Shown here one piece after another: positions 58,826-64,000 of a DNA stretch of 64,000 bases. The position numbers and the translations under genes were made by a program. The stretch is from contig NW_020846700.1 in NCBI RefSeq assembly GCF_003704095.1, positions 124,001 through 188,000 on the forward strand. The letters run 5' to 3'. The stretch's first letter is position 1. Each line of letters opens with the position of its first letter. The DNA comes from Pocillopora damicornis. Taxonomy: Eukaryota. Under the pieces are notes generated by a model. It was not told the origin of the DNA and made no database searches. It was given only the letters and a program-made list of their open reading frames with translations.

Positions 58826-61800
58826 TCACAGAAACATATCTTGGAAGTACTCTTCAAATTCTTCCTCCCTGTATGGAAAACAATAGTAATTCAAAGCAAA
58901 TGATCACTTCTGAGTCTCTGTGAGGAATCAAACTTCAGATCTTTAGATTCTGCACTACTTTGCTCTACCACAGAGCCACAGAGACTCTATGGTGAGCAAA
59001 GCCTACTATGAAGTTAATATATGACACATGTCCTGAATACTGCTAGGATCAGCAATGTCGTTAGCATCATGTTTTGTAAATACGTTTGATTCCTCATGGG
59101 AACTCAGAAACTCACCATCTTTCTTATTCTATTTACAAAATATGACGTAGAATCTGAAGGTCTGAGGATTGATTCCTCATGAGGACTTGGAATTTTTTCT
59201 TTGTCCCACACATGTGACAAGATGGAAAAACATCTTTTCCCATTAGATACATGTTCAAATAACCTCACAATTTATCTTTCCTCACAAAAGTAAGGAATGT
59301 CATATATCCTGGTGGGAAGATAGATAATATTTAGTTGATTTATCCTCTACACTCTCTCAATAGGCACATGACTTGTATACCTGTCCATTAAGTAGTCAAT
59401 AAACCCTTTAATTACTCTGAAACATGTTAAGAATAAAGTCAACTCTCAAGAGTGCATACCTTGTTTTATCAACAGTAATCTTTGCTGGGCCTTTCCAGAT
59501 ATCTTCACCAGTACTTGTAGAGTTGGTGTTTTCAACATCTTTTGATGATCCACCATCTGTAGTACCTAGTGCAGTAAGATTCTTACTTCAGCAATGATAC
59601 TTATATTTTTACTTATGAAAGAGAGATCTTGGGTGTTACTGTGTCATATTTGAAACATTTTGTTGGCTCATGCCAATAAATTATCTCAGAATCTGTAATT
59701 CTCTCTACAACCTGCTATGAATTTTTGGACAATTTTGTGTTTTATCAGGATGGCATGATGTATGTCTATGATGTATGTCTATTCTCATTGCCTGTTGGCC
59801 GGATGATGTGTTGATTTTTTTAGGAGAAATTTGATTGATTTACAATTACTGCAAGCCAATTTCTAATACCTCAAGTATTTACATTCAGTATAATACTAAA
59901 CTTACTGCAGTTATCTTCAGAGTCTTCAGATGAACCAGACAAGTCTAGCTCTTTGTGTCTGTGATGTCTATTCCTCTTCTTTTTCTTGCCTGAATGTGAT
60001 TTCTGTGACTCTCTATCCCCTTCTTTTTTCTTTTTCTTAGCAAGTTTCTTCCTTTGCAAAACACAGTTACAATTTGAATTTTTTAAAATTCTATATCACT
60101 CTAGTAAGCAGCTTTAATTACTAATTGTGACAGAGAGCAAAAAGATCAAGAGTAGCTAAAGAATGGATGGCTACCAAAAGATTACTTTCCCTTTCTTTGC
60201 TTGTCTCTCTGACCATCATTTAATGTATCTATTTAAAATTTGCAAGATAATATTTATTGATAAACTAAGGGGAATTGGAAATTGGAATTCTGTTTCTTTA
60301 CCAGTGGAATACCTTGCCTCTTTTCCTTATGAAAGTAACTATAAAGTCTTTTTTGATTCTGTCCTTGGTAGGGTTTGAACTACTAAGCCAAGCTCCGTTT
60401 AACATTCTAAAATTTGAGCATACAGCAGAGCCTCAATTTGGGGGAAATTCTACCCTGAGTGAGGGTGTGTCCTTTAAGTACCTTAGTGTCTCATGAATTG
60501 AAGTGTCTCTGGGAAAAGTTTTTATTATAGTTAATAGCTCCAGTGTATCAGATTAATTGACTTACTTGTGATGATAGTTGAGTTTATAGGAACAATCTGG
60601 ACAGAGTCCTGAGTGAAGTAAAAGTTGGTAAATTAATGTTGGAACTTCAGAATAATTGACCTCAGCAGTCAATAAGAATTGGTAATTAAAAAGGTTAGAC
60701 TCAGAAATCTAAGTATAAGGTTTATACATACTGAGTTTAATGAGAGTATTTTTCTTTTCTCCATGTTCCATATAAGCAAAATTAACCTTGGTACAAAATA
60801 GAAAACAGACATCAGCCATATGGCACATGCACTCGCAAACCAATTATTGTATAGATGCTGTTCAGTAAAGTAGATATCTGGAGATCTAAAAGAGCTTAAA
60901 AAGTCAGATATACCATCCAATAATCAGGCATTCTGCATGTACTACTTGCCTCCCAGCTGCGAAGTCCTTCAGATTCTGAACATCTCTTGTCTCCACAGGT
61001 GAACTGCCCTAAAAATGAATTTGAAGAAAATACCAAGCAATAAATTTTTCATATTACCTTCACAGCATTAAAAATAAAAAAAGACTGTTACAATTCAGCT
61101 TTGATGCCATTAATTTACATGATTTTGTTGGGCTGGATAGTCTTGATCATCATACATTTTACATGCCCATGACCAGACTCCCAAACTGGTGGAATTAATG
61201 CCCAGGGATACTGGTAGGCCTGTTTACCATAAACGTTTGACAACATGGCCTATTTGACAAAGATGCACATCATCACTATCCTCTAAATAGGTACAAACAT
61301 TCAGCTGGTTTTAATCTGTTGACATTACTATCCTTTAAACTGAGTTACCTACCAATCAAATGATGGTTAGGACTTGACATAATTTCCTACCCAGACCAAA
61401 TTTTGTTTTGACAAACAGACTCTAAGAGCAACTTTCCATTAAGTGCCCAAAGTCATCTGGGACTGTAATGGTTTTGCTTCACTTTGCTCTGTGATTGGTT
61501 TAGAAAATCATTCTACTCTTTCACTCAGTCAAATAAAGTACCTTATTGTGTAGCATGTTCACTATACTTGTGTAAGAAATTTAGCTGATGACTGTTAATA
61601 AAAAGTGACCTTTTCACACCTTTTCCTTCAATGACTTCTTTTTCAATTCTCCACCTTAATGCCACCTGCAATTTAGGATAGTAACATCGTCAAAAACTCT
61701 TGCCTTATGATAATCATATCAAACAACTTGATGTGATCCTCATTGGTTTTGCAGTAAATAACACTTTTTTATCAGTCACCTTGTTTTCTTTGTATCTGCT

Positions 61801-63890
61801 AAGATCAGAAATACAGTACTCTTTAAAAAGCTTGTCATAATACTTCTTAGCCAAACGTTTTTCCCTAAAAGAAGATTGAAATCAAGATCATTACTTGAAA
61901 ATCAAAGAAATGACAATCAAGTGTCACACCACTCAATGGACAGATTGCATTAATATAACACATACCAGGAACCTTCTGGGTCATCCTCTTCATTCCAAAT
62001 AAACCTACAAATATGACAATTGATTAACTTCTAATGAGTTCTAATTATCTGGGAAGACCTCAGAAACTTCTTTCAAATGAAATGATATAGAAAAAGTTAA
62101 TTAAAGCAGGAACACTCAACTCTGACTAGTAATAATGCAGATGTCAATTGGGTTTTAAAACTGACTGATTATTCTCTTATTTGCCAACTCCTTCTTTGTT
62201 TGAACAGAAATTAATCAAAAACCATGCAACCTAGGCCAATTGGAAAAATCTAAGATCATTGCATACATGGGTTTTAAGCCTCTAATACAAAGAGAGAAAA
62301 TACCACATCTCAATTAAGGATAGTGTGAGGGCTTTTGTACAGTACCTCTCTCTGTGTACAATATATTGTCTGTAAATGTTAAAAATGATAACTTATCATT
62401 TTTCACTTTCTTTCTGGTGCTTCTGTTAGTGTTTGTGTGTAAATAAAAGGAAATTCAGTTTAAAACATTGAGGTAAATTCTATGCATGTCACAAGGGTTT
62501 ATTAGTCTGCATCAATTCATTTTTTTTTATTAATCAATGACTGTGATACTCAAACTATGCACTTCATAATACAATATTTGTCAGTAGTAAAGTATACACA
62601 CCTATGCTCCTCCTTGATAACATCCATGTCTGTTTTATCCCTGGAGCTATTTTAGCAGATAATAAATGACAACAGATAAGTAAATATGAGATTAAGAAGA
62701 TTATAGATGGTCAGAAAATAATGTATTCATTACTTTTCTTACTATAACAGAAAAATTGTTTCAATAATATCTTTCAATTAAAACATAATATAATAAACTT
62801 CTAGTTGAAAGTATTGGGCCATATTATATCACCATAAATGCAGACATTTCCAAAGTTCCATACAATACAACTCTTACTCTTGGTTTGTAAACCCTCTACA
62901 TTAGACATCAGTCTGCACTTTTTTAATACCCTTCTCTAAACATTTACTTTAGAATTGGCAAGGAGAATTTGTTTAACAATCAAGTTAGAGCTTCATTAGT
63001 GGTGATCACAGTAATAATGTAAGGAGAAATTAGATGCCAGTCACCTGTAAGAGTTAAAGGGTTAAACAACAATCCCAAAGCACAACTCAATGGTAGAGAA
63101 AATCAGTAACAAACCTGTCCCTTTTGAAATGTTCTATTCCTCTTCCATAGTATAAGATGTAATCATTGATCATTTTCTTGTGCTTTGAGTACTACATATT
63201 TTTAAAGTTACACGTTAAGGAATTGTTGACATAAAATGTAGGAAATTCTTCATGTATAGTGACCGTGCTGATAGGTTAATTTATACGGCACCAGTAAAGA
63301 AAGAAATTGAACTTGATTTAATTTTATACGATCCCAACCACACGGAAGGATTTCTAGTCAACATTATAAATGATTCGAACTTGAGTCTTCCGTCTGCCTT
63401 TAATTTTCTGTAAATACCCTATGTGGACAATCTTGAACATTTAGCGTACACTGAAGCAGCATAATAATCATAACGTGAAAGATACAGCATCCAAGGCAAT
63501 GAAATCATATTTTTGGCCTTTAGCTTCTTGCCTGAAATTTAAATGTTTAAATTCTGAATTAGCAATTTAATTTCATCAAATTACAAAGTCGATATGTATA
63601 AGACAGTTTCTTTTAAATATTTCTAATGAGACATGCCTGCTATATTCACTGGAAACTACACGTTTAGATGGTAAACCGCCAGTTGTATTGGCCTTCCGTT
63701 TGATCCCTGATAGTTCATCGTCTCTCCAGGTCTTGCTCCTGTTTCAGAGAAAAGTTTCGATTACAAGGATATTTTAACAAAAAGAGTGGTTTGAATATAC
63801 ACAAGCAAGCTCAGCGAGTCGTACAACTTTTTACCTCTCCGCTGCTTCCTGTTCATCAAACTCAGAACCATATCCCACGCCGTAATCAAT
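58826..63890 (-). CDS. FRA10AC1: Protein FRA10AC1 (spliceosome-associated), 5' end not resolved at window edge
   Basis: Exons give GYGSEFDE, FIALDA|YSKHKKMINDYILYYG, DKTDMDVIKEEHRFIWNEEDD, WEKRLAKKYYDKLFKEYCISDLSRYKENK, LRWRIEKEV, GQFTCG..LRSWE|VNFAYMEHGEKKNTLIKLRLCPDCSYKLNYHH, IWKGP, and EEEFEEYFQDMFL-stop (58826-58828). These are collinear with human FRA10AC1. Confidence 0.96.
58905..59240. repeat. Decayed inverted-repeat element with tRNA-like segments in the last FRA10AC1 intron
   Basis: TGAGGAATCAAACTTCAGATCTTTAGATTCT (about 58921) is inverted at AGAATCTGAAGGTCTGAGGATTGATTCCTCA (about 59149). A related fragment lies at about 20450-20500. Confidence 0.55.
60787..60949 (-). other. GC-AG intron in FRA10AC1
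   Basis: GAG|GCAAGT donor is required for the conserved SWE|VNF junction. Confidence 0.9.
62888..63065. mobile_element. piggyBac-like MITE copy
   Basis: TAAACCCTCTAC ... GTAAGGAGAAATTAGATGC..GAGTTAAAGGGTTAA. Confidence 0.75.
63192..63485 (-). other. U12-type (minor spliceosome) GT-AG intron in FRA10AC1
   Basis: Donor GTATCTTT (U12 consensus GTATCCTT); branch site TTCCTTAAC at 63214-63222; no polypyrimidine tract before the AG. Flanking exons join as IALDA|YSKH. Confidence 0.8.
63532..63636 (-). other. GC-AG intron in FRA10AC1
   Basis: AG|GCATGT is the only phase-2 donor that gives SSEYSR|QEAKGQKYDF, collinear with the human protein. Confidence 0.75.
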
Positions 63891-64000
63891 CTGTAAGCGA
63901 AAAATGTTTAGGTTTTACATGTTGAGGGACGAGATCCAAAGATCGTTCCCATGTTTTTTAAGACATAAGATGTATTCTTGCCTCTTGCTGCCTTCCTTCC

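Overview
Eukaryotic, intron-rich, AT-rich genomic DNA, probably from a cnidarian such as a stony coral. That taxon is inferred from gene architecture and repeat style and is not proven. Six spliced genes can be reconstructed by hand: TP53BP1 (-, 2878-11960), SUCLG1 (+, 12104-17922), VPS51 (-, 19742-30948), DCTN1 (+, 31208-51817), a PhyH-family Fe(II)/2-oxoglutarate dioxygenase (+, 55998-58578) and FRA10AC1 (-, 58826 to beyond the window edge). Two pairs are head-to-head across very short shared promoters. Introns and intergenic DNA carry many MITEs and SINEs, including about 9 copies of a TTAA/CCCT piggyBac-like MITE and a nested foldback-type cluster at 53.0-55.8 kb. I see no clear-cut new multi-gene system. 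The best leads are: (1) a bacterial-type PhyH dioxygenase with introns and an apparent mitochondrial presequence; (2) a 140-bp duplication of a VPS51 acceptor plus partial exon, predicting an NMD-escaping alternative C-terminus; (3) a U12-type intron and two GC-AG introns in FRA10AC1; (4) sharp CpG-depletion boundaries inside three genes; (5) motif-level conservation and change in 53BP1.
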